Source: Sphingomicrobium sp. (GTDB lineage Bacteria > Pseudomonadota > Alphaproteobacteria > Sphingomonadales > Sphingomonadaceae). Taken from it: a stretch of 37,337 nucleotides of DNA. Location: contig JBKJUB010000034.1 in the NCBI GenBank assembly GCA_046590765.1, forward strand, positions 1 through 37,337. Reading direction: 5' to 3'. The notes beneath the pieces were generated by a model. The model did no database searches. It saw only the letters and a list, made by a program, of their open reading frames with translations, and was not told the origin of the DNA. Below are positions 22,567 through 30,531 of this stretch, in pieces (positions within the stretch are counted from its first letter, which is position 1; each line of letters opens with the position of its first letter). The position numbers were made by a program, and so were the translations under genes.

Positions 22567-23317
22567 TGACCAGCGCCGCCTCGGTATCCGTGATCGAGCG
22601 GGGGGTGCCGACGTCGAACCACAGGCCCTGGTGGACCAGCCCGAAGCAGCGCCCCGCCTCGATCGCGCGGTCCCACAAGATGTTGGTCGAAAAGGCGCCG
22701 TCGGGTGCGTCGGCGAGCAGGCGCTTGGAAATCATCTGGATGCCGGTGAAGACATAAGGCGCGACGCGCGAGCGGGCGCGGCGGCTGAGGCGGCCGAAGC
22801 GGTCCATGTGGAAATCGCCCTGCCCGCGATGATTGCCGGCGCGCGCCTGGGGAACGAGCAGCAAGAGCGCGTCCATTTTAGCGTCGTCCCACCCGCTGGC
22901 GAGCAATTTAAGGCCGTCGGCGGGGCCGTCGATCCAGAAATTGTCGCTGTTGACGACGAGGAATGGGTCGCAGTCGATCATCGGCGCGGCCTGGACCAGG
23001 CCGCCGCCGGTTTCGAGCAGCAAGGCGCGTTCATCCGAGATGGTGATCGCGAACTCGTCGGCCTTGGTGGCGAGATGGGCTTCCATCAGATCGGCGAGAT
23101 AATGGACATTGACGACGAGCTTGCCGACCCCCGCCGCGCGGAGCCGGTCGAGGACGTGATCGATCAATGGTTTGCCCGCGAGTTCGACCAGCGGCTTGGG
23201 GCGAGTATCGGTCAGCGGCCGCATCCGCTTGCCCAGGCCAGCGGCCATGACCATCGCGGTATCGGGAACCGTCGCGGCGATCTCGGGGCGGAGGCGGAGC
23301 GAGCGGCGGGCGGTCAT
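22559..23317 (-). CDS. murU: nucleotidyltransferase, N-acetylmuramate-1-phosphate uridylyltransferase (MurU-like)
   Basis: AMVMAAGLGKRMRPLTDTRPKPL, LLETGGG, WFDVGT; located between amgK and addB. Confidence 0.85.
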   Translation of the reverse strand: MTARRSLRLRPEIAATVPDTAMVMAAGLGKRMRPLTDTRPKPLVELAGKPLIDHVLDRLRAAGVGKLVVNVHYLADLMEAHLATKADEFAITISDERALLLETGGGLVQAAPMIDCDPFLVVNSDNFWIDGPADGLKLLASGWDDAKMDALLLLVPQARAGNHRGQGDFHMDRFGRLSRRARSRVAPYVFTGIQMISKRLLADAPDGAFSTNILWDRAIEAGRCFGLVHQGLWFDVGTPRSITDTEAALVNE

Positions 23318-24300
23318 ACCGCGTCGGCCCAGGCGGCGGCGCGCATTTCGGCGGGGATGTTGGCGTCAAACCAGGCACGGACCGGTTCAAGCCCGGGTTG
23401 GGCGAGATCGCGATCTAGCAGGCCCCACATGCGCGGCTGGAAGGCGCGGTAATGCGGTTTGCCGTCGCGCTTCCACAGGCGGACGAAGACGCCGAGGATG
23501 CGAGTGTTGCGCTGGGCGGCGAGTGTCCAATAAGCGCGCTCGAACGCGGCGGCATTGCCAGTGGCGGCGATGTAACGGTCGAGCATGTTGCGTTCGAGTG
23601 CTTCAGGCACGTCGCGACGGGCGTCTTCTAGTACCGAGGCAAGATCGTAAGCCGGGTGACCGGCAAGCGCGTCCTGGAAGTCGAGCAGCCCGAGATGCGC
23701 GACCCCTTCACGGCCGGCGACAAGCATGACATTTTCGGCATGGTAATCGCGCAGCACGGTGACCGGGCCGAGGCCATCGGCGGCGACCGGGGCGAGCACG
23801 TTCGTCCAGGCGGCGCGGTAGCTGTCGCGGTCGATCTCGAGGCCCAGCGCGGGGGCGTACCAGTCGGGCAGCAGCATCAGTTCATCGAGCCACTGGTCGA
23901 GGCCGTGCGGCGGGAGGCTGGGCATCGGCGCGTGGCCGTGGAGCTGAACGAGGAGGTCGGTGGCGAGCTGGTACAGTTCCTCCTCGCGCGCCGGATCATC
24001 GTCGAGCGTTTCGCGAAGCCGAGCATCGCCGAGGTCGCCGAGCAGGAGCAAGCCGCGGTCGAGATCGCGGGCGAGGATTTCTGGCGCAGTGAGCCCCACC
24101 CCGCCAAGCCATTCAGCGACCGCGATGAACGGGCGCGGATCCTCATGCGGTGGCGGCGCGTCCATCAGTACCGCCTGACGGCCATCGCCGATGATCCGGA
24201 AATAACGGCGGAATGAAGCGTCGCCAGCGAGCGGTTCAACGCGGGCACCGGCCCAACCCGACTTGGCGAGGAAGGCGTCCAGGCCGTCGGGCGGGATCAT
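23314..24300 (-). CDS. amgK: APH-family phosphotransferase, anomeric MurNAc/GlcNAc kinase (AmgK-like)
   Basis: LAGDASFRRYFR, LRDYHAENVM, LDFQDA, ILGVFVRL..RDGK..Y. Start set at ATG 24300, which gives an ATGA overlap with the tsaE stop. Confidence 0.85.
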   Translation of the reverse strand: MIPPDGLDAFLAKSGWAGARVEPLAGDASFRRYFRIIGDGRQAVLMDAPPPHEDPRPFIAVAEWLGGVGLTAPEILARDLDRGLLLLGDLGDARLRETLDDDPAREEELYQLATDLLVQLHGHAPMPSLPPHGLDQWLDELMLLPDWYAPALGLEIDRDSYRAAWTNVLAPVAADGLGPVTVLRDYHAENVMLVAGREGVAHLGLLDFQDALAGHPAYDLASVLEDARRDVPEALERNMLDRYIAATGNAAAFERAYWTLAAQRNTRILGVFVRLWKRDGKPHYRAFQPRMWGLLDRDLAQPGLEPVRAWFDANIPAEMRAAAWADAV

Positions 24301-24749
24301 CGGTTGAAGCGGGGCGGTGGCCATCGCCCTTCCCATGCCGCCGGTACCGAAGCTGTCAAGGCGCGACTCTCTGGACCGGTGATAGCGAACGTCAAACGGA
24401 GCGCGTCGGGCCAGGCGGCGGGGCCGGCATGGTCGGGCCATTCGACCAGCAGGACCGCATCGTCGCCCGACGAATCGAGGCCAAGCTCAGCGAGTTCGTC
24501 GGGATGCTCGACGCGATACAGGTCGGCGTGGAGCAAAGGGCCGACTGTAAGATCCTCATAGGGAACGACGATCGCGAAACTTGGGCTTGGAACTTCTCCT
24601 TCATACCCAAGAACGGCCAACAAGTATCTGACAAAAGTGGTTTTTCCTGAACCAAGACCGCCCGACAGGCCGACCACGTCGCCAGCGCGCACCAACGGCG
24701 CGAAGGCACGTGCTAATGCAGCGGTGGCGGCTTCGTTTGCGAGGTTCAT
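24297..24749 (-). CDS. tsaE: tRNA threonylcarbamoyladenosine biosynthesis ATPase TsaE
   Basis: LSGGLGSGKTT, VPSPSF, HADLYR, VEWP. Confidence 0.95.
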   Translation of the reverse strand: MNLANEAATAALARAFAPLVRAGDVVGLSGGLGSGKTTFVRYLLAVLGYEGEVPSPSFAIVVPYEDLTVGPLLHADLYRVEHPDELAELGLDSSGDDAVLLVEWPDHAGPAAWPDALRLTFAITGPESRALTASVPAAWEGRWPPPRFNR

Positions 24750-27100
24750 GACGGCGCGCGGGGGATGATCAGGGTCACGCTGGTGCCCGTCCCAACCGCC
24801 GATTCAAGCGTGGCGGTGCCGCCATGCGCCTCGACGAACTGGCGGGTCAGCGGCAGCCCGAGCCCGAGCGCGGCATCACCCTTCCCCACCCCGCCGATGC
24901 GGTGGAAGCGAGTGAATACCTGCTGCTGGTCCTCGGGGGCGATACCCTGACCGTTGTCAGTGATGATGATCGTCACCGCAGCATCGTCCCCTGACGCGGC
25001 AAGCTCGATCCGGCCCTTGGTCGGGGTGTAGGCCACCGCATTGCGCAACACATGTTCGATTGATTCGCGGATGCGCCGCGCGTCGCCGATCACCACCCCG
25101 GTCGACGGGTCGATCGCCAGGCTGAACTTCTGCTTGCGTTCCAGCACCTTCGGCTCGATCGATTCGGCGACCGCCCGGCACAAACCGGCCAAGTCGATCC
25201 GCTCGCGGTCGAGCACGATCCCGCGCCGATCGCCCTGGGTCAGGTCGAGCACGTCGTCGATCAGTTTGGCGAGCCGTTCAACCGATTCGAGGATCGCGTC
25301 GACATAATCAGAAGCGGCGGGCGGGAGCTTGCCGGCATAGCCTTGCGCCAGCATTTCGGCGAACCCGCCGATCGAGGTCAGCGGGGTGCGCAATTCGTAA
25401 CTCATCCCGGCGACGAAGTCGGTCTTGATCTTGTCGGCTTCCTCGAGCCCAGTGGCGCGCTCGCGAAGCGCGGCCTCGATGCGCGTCGAATCGGTGACAT
25501 CGACCATGGTGAACAATGCATTGCCATCGGGCAGCGGGACCGCAGCGAATTCGAAATGGCGGCCGTCGGTCATCGACACCCGGCCAGTGCCCGACTGGCG
25601 GCCGGTGGTGGTATCGCGAACCATCTCGCGGACCTGCGCGGCGGCGGTCGGGTTGACGAGCTTCTTAGCCATCACCGGAACCAGTTCATCAACCCGGGGA
25701 TGTTCGGCGAGCCATTCTTCGTCGAGGTCCCACACCTGGCAAAAACGGCGGTTCCACAGATAAAGCCGCCCGTCGGAGGCAAACACGCTGATCGCTTCGA
25801 ACAGATTGTCGAAGGTCGCGGTGCGGACGCGGAGCAGGGTGTCGCGCGCTGAGGACAAGCGAACCTGCTCGGTGCGATCCTCAAAGATCATCCTGAGGCC
25901 GCCGTCGGGCAGCGGCTGGGCGACGACCCGCCAATGGTCGCCGTTGGTCAGGATCCAGTCCTCGGTGAAGGCTTCCTCGGGCGACAGGAACCAGTCGCGA
26001 CGCTCATTCTTCCAGGCGGGAAAATCGCGAACTTCCGGAAGCCGTCCATTCTCGCGCATTTGCTCGAGCAAGCGGTCGAATTCGGGCTTTTCGTTGAGCG
26101 ATGACGGATCGATCTGGGTCATCGTCGCGAACGGCTGGTTGAAGAAGGACAATGACCGGTCGGAATCGAATTGAGCCACCGCAGCGGTCATCCGATCGGC
26201 GAGTTCGCGCTGCGAAAGCAGGTTTTGCGCCAGGTCGAAGCGCGCGTCCTCAAGATCCTGGATGTCGATCGCGAACCCCGCGACCGCGCCAGTGGGCAAT
26301 GGAACGTCGACCAGTTTGAGCATCCGCCGCTCGCCGCCGATGGTCGCTGGCTGGGTGCGGATATAGGGCCGTCCTCCTTCGAGCGCCGTCGCGGCACCGG
26401 CCCTGGCGCCCTCGTCCCCCGGGCTGTCGATCAGTTCGCTGCCAAGCGCGATAACCTCGGCCGCGTCACGCCCCTCGACCGCAGCGACGAACGCCGAGTT
26501 AACCAGCCCGAGCGTCATGTCCGGCCCGCGATACCACATCGGGAATGGCGCAGATTCGATCAAATGGGTCAGTGCGTCGAGCGCAGCTTCGGTGCGCCCA
26601 AGCTGGTTGGCCAGTTTGAGCCGCTCGGCCTCCGCCCCGGTTGCGTCGAACAGCCACAGTAACAAGGTGCCGGCGGCATAGGGCGGTGGAGCGAGACCCC
26701 CGCGGACCTCGACCGCGCGATCGGAACCGGCAATCCGCACTTGGCGAGCGATGGCGGTGCCGCTGATCGCGCCCGACTGGACGTCGGCCTTGAGTGCATC
26801 GAGATCGGCGGGGTCGATGCCGAGGCCGTCGCTGGCAAGATCGTCGAGGTGGGCGGGCATGGACGCGAGGCCGAGGTCGCGCTGGAGCAAGGTGTCGCTT
26901 TCGATCGCGCCGTCGGGGCGAACGATCAATGGCCGCGCGGGGACCGAACGGAGCAGGCTGGCGACCGAGCGCGCGCCGCCGAGCAGTGAATTGGCGCGGC
27001 TGATCCGGCGGCTGGCGAGGATCATCAGCAACGCCGCAATCGCCACCCAGAAAGCGGCAAGGATGATGATGACGGTCGCGAGCCCCGGCGTGATCGTCAT
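24746..27100 (-). CDS. divL: PAS-domain sensor histidine kinase-like protein, DivL ortholog
   Basis: N-terminal TM helix and several PAS-like domains. The H-box reads MSYELRTPL, with Tyr in place of His as in Caulobacter DivL. HATPase N/G boxes present; ahcY-divL-tsaE synteny. Confidence 0.85.
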   Translation of the reverse strand: MTITPGLATVIIILAAFWVAIAALLMILASRRISRANSLLGGARSVASLLRSVPARPLIVRPDGAIESDTLLQRDLGLASMPAHLDDLASDGLGIDPADLDALKADVQSGAISGTAIARQVRIAGSDRAVEVRGGLAPPPYAAGTLLLWLFDATGAEAERLKLANQLGRTEAALDALTHLIESAPFPMWYRGPDMTLGLVNSAFVAAVEGRDAAEVIALGSELIDSPGDEGARAGAATALEGGRPYIRTQPATIGGERRMLKLVDVPLPTGAVAGFAIDIQDLEDARFDLAQNLLSQRELADRMTAAVAQFDSDRSLSFFNQPFATMTQIDPSSLNEKPEFDRLLEQMRENGRLPEVRDFPAWKNERRDWFLSPEEAFTEDWILTNGDHWRVVAQPLPDGGLRMIFEDRTEQVRLSSARDTLLRVRTATFDNLFEAISVFASDGRLYLWNRRFCQVWDLDEEWLAEHPRVDELVPVMAKKLVNPTAAAQVREMVRDTTTGRQSGTGRVSMTDGRHFEFAAVPLPDGNALFTMVDVTDSTRIEAALRERATGLEEADKIKTDFVAGMSYELRTPLTSIGGFAEMLAQGYAGKLPPAASDYVDAILESVERLAKLIDDVLDLTQGDRRGIVLDRERIDLAGLCRAVAESIEPKVLERKQKFSLAIDPSTGVVIGDARRIRESIEHVLRNAVAYTPTKGRIELAASGDDAAVTIIITDNGQGIAPEDQQQVFTRFHRIGGVGKGDAALGLGLPLTRQFVEAHGGTATLESAVGTGTSVTLIIPRAPS

Positions 27101-27123
27101 GAGATGATGGAGCCGCCCGACAT
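27097..27123 (-). other. possible 8-codon leaderless uORF (MSGGSIIS) whose stop overlaps the divL start
   Basis: TATGAC -10-like hexamer 7 nt before ATG 27123; its TGA overlaps the divL ATG (ATGA); divL has no SD. Confidence 0.3.
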
Positions 27124-27150
27124 TGCCGACGTCATAGGGCGGGATACGGC

Positions 27151-27187
27151 AAAGAAAAAGGGCGGCGCACCATCCAGCGCGCCGCCC
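27151..27187 (-). terminator. intrinsic terminator of ahcY
   Basis: GGGCGGCGC..GCGCCGCCC stem followed by TTTTTCTTT on the minus strand. Confidence 0.85.
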
Positions 27188-27209
27188 CCGATCTCAGTCC
27201 GTAACAGGG

Positions 27210-28649
27210 CTAATAGCGGTAGTGATCAGGCTTGAACGGCCCCGTCAGCGGGACGCCGATGTAGGCGGCTTGCTTGTCGCTGAGCTTGGTCAGCTTGACG
27301 CTCAATTTGTCGAGGTGAAGCGCGGCGACCTTTTCGTCGAGATGCTTGGGCAGGACGTAGACGTCATTCTTATACTGCTCGGACTTGGTCCACAGTTCGA
27401 TCTGCGCCAGCGTCTGGTTGGTGAAGCTGGCCGACATGACGAAGCTGGGGTGGCCGGTAGCATTGCCGAGGTTGACCAGTCGGCCCTTCGACAGGATGAT
27501 CAGTTTCTTGCCGTCGGCGAATTCGACCTCGTCGACTTGCGGTTTGATCTCGACCCACTTCATGTTGGCGAGGCCGCCGATCTGGATCTCGCTGTCGAAA
27601 TGGCCGATGTTGCAGACGATCGCCATATTCTTCATCGCGCGCATATGGTCGACGGTGATAACGTCCATGTTGCCGGTGGCGGTGACGAAGATGTCGGCGC
27701 GGGTCGGGGCCTCCTCCATCGTGACGACTTCATAGCCCTCCATCGCCGCCTGCAATGCGCAGATCGGGTCGACTTCGGTCACCAGCACGCGCGCGCCGCC
27801 ATTGCGTAAGCTGGCGGCCGAGCCCTTGCCGACATCGCCGAAGCCGGCGACGCAGGCGACCTTGCCGGCGAGCATCACATCGGTCCCGCGACGGATCGCG
27901 TCGACCAAAGATTCCTTGCAGCCGTAGAGATTGTCGAACTTCGACTTGGTGACGCTGTCGTTGACGTTGATCGCCGGGAACGGGAGCTTGCCCGCCTTCG
28001 ACAGCTCATACAGGCGGTGGACGCCGGTGGTGGTTTCTTCACTGACGCCCTTGATGTTGGCGACGGTCGCTGTGAGGTAGCCCGGGCGATCCCTGAGGAA
28101 GCGCGTCAGCGTCGCCGCGAACACTTCTTCTTCCTCGTTGGTCGGGGTGAACAGCGTTTCACCGGCTTCGACCCGCGCGCCCCACAGTGCGAACATGGTG
28201 GCGTCGCCGCCATCGTCGAGGATGAGGTTGCAGGTCTGGTCGCGATCGGTGTCGGTCGACCAGTCGAAGATGCGGACGACATAATCCCAATATTCCTCGA
28301 GCGTCTCGCCCTTGATCGCGAACACCGGGACGCCCGACTGGGCGATGGCGGCGGCGGCATGATCCTGCGTCGAGTAGATGTTGCACGACGCCCAGCGGAC
28401 CGTCGCGCCGAGCGCGGTGAGGGTCTCGATGAGCACTGCAGTCTGGATCGTCATGTGGAGCGAACCGACGATGCGCGCGCCTTTGAGCGGCTGCGACGCG
28501 CCAAATTCCTGGCGCAGCGCCATCAGGCCGGGCATCTCGGTCTCGGCAATTTCGATTTCCTTGCGGCCGAAAGCGGCAAGCGCGATGTCCTTGACGATAT
28601 AATCATTCGCGAGGTTGGCGCGGGTCAGGGTGTCGGCGGTCGTGGCCAC
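27210..28649 (-). CDS. ahcY: adenosylhomocysteinase
   Basis: [65 protein letters not shown]; GTG start with GGAGA SD. Confidence 0.99.
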   Translation of the reverse strand: MATTADTLTRANLANDYIVKDIALAAFGRKEIEIAETEMPGLMALRQEFGASQPLKGARIVGSLHMTIQTAVLIETLTALGATVRWASCNIYSTQDHAAAAIAQSGVPVFAIKGETLEEYWDYVVRIFDWSTDTDRDQTCNLILDDGGDATMFALWGARVEAGETLFTPTNEEEEVFAATLTRFLRDRPGYLTATVANIKGVSEETTTGVHRLYELSKAGKLPFPAINVNDSVTKSKFDNLYGCKESLVDAIRRGTDVMLAGKVACVAGFGDVGKGSAASLRNGGARVLVTEVDPICALQAAMEGYEVVTMEEAPTRADIFVTATGNMDVITVDHMRAMKNMAIVCNIGHFDSEIQIGGLANMKWVEIKPQVDEVEFADGKKLIILSKGRLVNLGNATGHPSFVMSASFTNQTLAQIELWTKSEQYKNDVYVLPKHLDEKVAALHLDKLSVKLTKLSDKQAAYIGVPLTGPFKPDHYRY

Positions 28650-28682
28650 GGGTGTATTCTCCGAAGGTGAAAGGTTGCGCAG

Positions 28683-28711
28683 CCCCTACCCCCGCGCGCG
28701 CCCAAAAGCAA
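28683..28711 (-). promoter_or_regulatory. putative ahcY promoter
   Basis: TTGCTT-N17-TAGGGG. Confidence 0.55.
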
Positions 28712-28731
28712 ATATAAAGAATTCTTTATAT
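28712..28731. promoter_or_regulatory. 20-bp palindromic operator, SahR-like
   Basis: Perfect palindrome ATATAAAGAATTCTTTATAT abutting the predicted ahcY -35. Resembles sites of SahR, the ArsR-family regulator of SAM-cycle genes. Confidence 0.75.
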
Positions 28732-28741
28732 GTTGGCAGGA

Positions 28742-29314
28742 TCAAGCGACACCGGTCTCGGTGGCGAGCAGGCGGGGGTCGATTCCTTCGGCTTTGAACG
28801 CGGTTTCCCAGCGCTCCTCGTTCGGGGTGTCGAACAGCAAGGCGTTGCTACCCGCCGCCGCGAACCAGCCATGGCAAGTCATTTCCTGGTCGAGCTGGCC
28901 GGCTTCCCATCCGGCATAGCCAAGCGCGATCAGCCAGCGCGACGGTCCGCGGCCCTTGGCGATGGCCTTCAACACATCGATCGTGCCGGTCATCGCATAA
29001 CCAGCGTTGTTGGCGCCGACGATCCGAATCGTGTCCTGCCCGCCCCAATCTTCACTATGGAGTACAAAGCCGCGACCGGGCTCGGCCGGGCCGCCGTGGT
29101 GGATGACGCAATCGGGCGCGTCGCCGGGGTCGACCTCGAGCTGGCGAAGCAACCCGCGGAAGCGGATTCCTGCGCGAAGCTGGCCGATCCCGATTCCGAC
29201 CGCGCCATTGTCGTCATGCACCGCCATCGCGATCACTGCATGGTCAAAGCGCGGATCAGCCATGCCGGGCATCGCCAGCAGCAGCTTGCCGGACAGGAAA
29301 CGCGGGTCATCCAT
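28742..29314 (-). CDS. YqgE/AlgH family protein (DUF179)
   Basis: LSGKLLLAMPGMADPRF, GGPAEPGRGFVLHS, LGYAGWEAGQL. Start at ATG 29314, preceded by TTGCCC-N17-CATCGT-N7 (leaderless). Confidence 0.93.
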   Translation of the reverse strand: MDDPRFLSGKLLLAMPGMADPRFDHAVIAMAVHDDNGAVGIGIGQLRAGIRFRGLLRQLEVDPGDAPDCVIHHGGPAEPGRGFVLHSEDWGGQDTIRIVGANNAGYAMTGTIDVLKAIAKGRGPSRWLIALGYAGWEAGQLDQEMTCHGWFAAAGSNALLFDTPNEERWETAFKAEGIDPRLLATETGVA

Positions 29315-29353
29315 CGACTGGACGATGCGACGGCATGGCGCGACGGGCAAGTC

Positions 29354-29382
29354 TTGAGGCCGTCACTCGGGCAGCGTAGAGG
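29354..29382 (+). promoter_or_regulatory. putative peroxiredoxin promoter
   Basis: TTGAGG-N17-TAGAGG, followed by SD AAGGAG. Confidence 0.45.
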
Positions 29383-29412
29383 CCGGTTCATCGAAAAAAG
29401 GAGACGAACAAC

Positions 29413-29892
29413 ATGACGATCAAGGTCGGCGACCGCCTGCCCGATGTGCCACTCGCCATTGCCACGGCCGAGGGCCCTCAGCCCACCACCACCGCCGAAC
29501 ATTTCAAGGGCAAGAAGATCGCCTTGTTCGCGGTCCCCGGGGCGTACACCCCGACCTGCTCGGCGCGGCATTTGCCGGGCTATGTCGACAAGGCCGGCGA
29601 CTTTTCGTCGAAGGGCGTCGACGAGATCGCCTGCACCTCGGTCAATGACGCGTTCGTGATGGGCGCGTGGAACAAGGCGCAGGGCAGCGAGGACATCGTC
29701 ATGCTGGCCGACGGCAATGGCGACTTCGCCGAAGCGCTCGGGCTGACGATGGACGGCAGCAAGTTCGGGATGGGCAAGCGCAGCCAGCGTTACTCGATGG
29801 TCGTCAACGACGGCGTGGTCGAGCAACTCAACGTCGAGGCCCCGGGCGAATTTTCCGCCTCGAGCGCCGAGACCATGCTCGGCCAGCTGTAA
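29413..29892 (+). CDS. peroxiredoxin (Prx5-type)
   Basis: PGAYTPTCSARHLPGY, SVNDAFVM, LADGNG, RSQRY. Confidence 0.95.
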   Translation: MTIKVGDRLPDVPLAIATAEGPQPTTTAEHFKGKKIALFAVPGAYTPTCSARHLPGYVDKAGDFSSKGVDEIACTSVNDAFVMGAWNKAQGSEDIVMLADGNGDFAEALGLTMDGSKFGMGKRSQRYSMVVNDGVVEQLNVEAPGEFSASSAETMLGQL

Positions 29893-29988
29893 CTCGTCGA
29901 AGCGCCGGTAAAATGCGACACGCGGCGGGAGCATAACGCCCCCGCCGCGCGTTACCCCCTCGCGTTCATATTGTGAGGAGTAACCCGC

Positions 29989-30462
29989 ATGGCCACGACC
30001 AAGAAAACGACCACCACCCGTTCCAGCACCCGCACGCCGGCGCGCCGCAAGGCTGTGGAGCCCAGTTTCATTGCTTCGACCGAGCGCACGATCAAGAAAA
30101 ACCCCTATGCCAGCGCGGCCGTCGCGACCGGCCTGATCAGCGCCATCGCCGGTGCTGCGGCCGGTTTCTTCGCGTGGAAGAAGAGCGGCAAGAGCTTCAC
30201 CGACTTCAGCAACGACGTCGCGACCAGCGCCAAGGGCAAGGCCGCCGACGTGACCGAGCGAGTCAAGGACGGGCTGGCCGATGCCCAGACCATCGCCAAG
30301 GAGCAAGTGGCGAAGATCCGCGACGGGCTCGATTCAGGCAAGAGCCAGAGCGAGATCGCCGAAGAAGCGCTGAGCCTGAAAACGACCGGCGACAAGGGAA
30401 CGACCTTCCCTCTCGATCCGGTGGTCGATAGCCAGATCAAGACCGGCGCCGTCAGCTACTAA
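29989..30462 (+). CDS. hypothetical membrane-anchored protein (157 aa)
   Basis: SD GAGGAG, strongly GC3-biased codons, basic N-terminus, NP-led TM helix, Ala/Lys/Asp-rich helical region, terminator downstream. Confidence 0.85.
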   Translation: MATTKKTTTTRSSTRTPARRKAVEPSFIASTERTIKKNPYASAAVATGLISAIAGAAAGFFAWKKSGKSFTDFSNDVATSAKGKAADVTERVKDGLADAQTIAKEQVAKIRDGLDSGKSQSEIAEEALSLKTTGDKGTTFPLDPVVDSQIKTGAVSY

Positions 30463-30485
30463 TCGCTGACCTTCGGGTCGAAATT

Positions 30486-30520
30486 AAGGGGAGCGAGCCG
30501 CATTGGCCCGCTCCCCTTTT
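30486..30520. terminator. bidirectional intrinsic terminator
   Basis: AAGGGGAGCG-AGCC-GCATT-GGCC-CGCTCCCCTTTT between convergent genes. Confidence 0.8.
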
Positions 30521-30531
30521 CTGCGTCCAGC

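Noticed and set aside
28650-28741. SAH or SAM riboswitch upstream of ahcY
   Set aside because: The predicted leader is under 30 nt and has no aptamer-like structure; a protein operator explains the region better.
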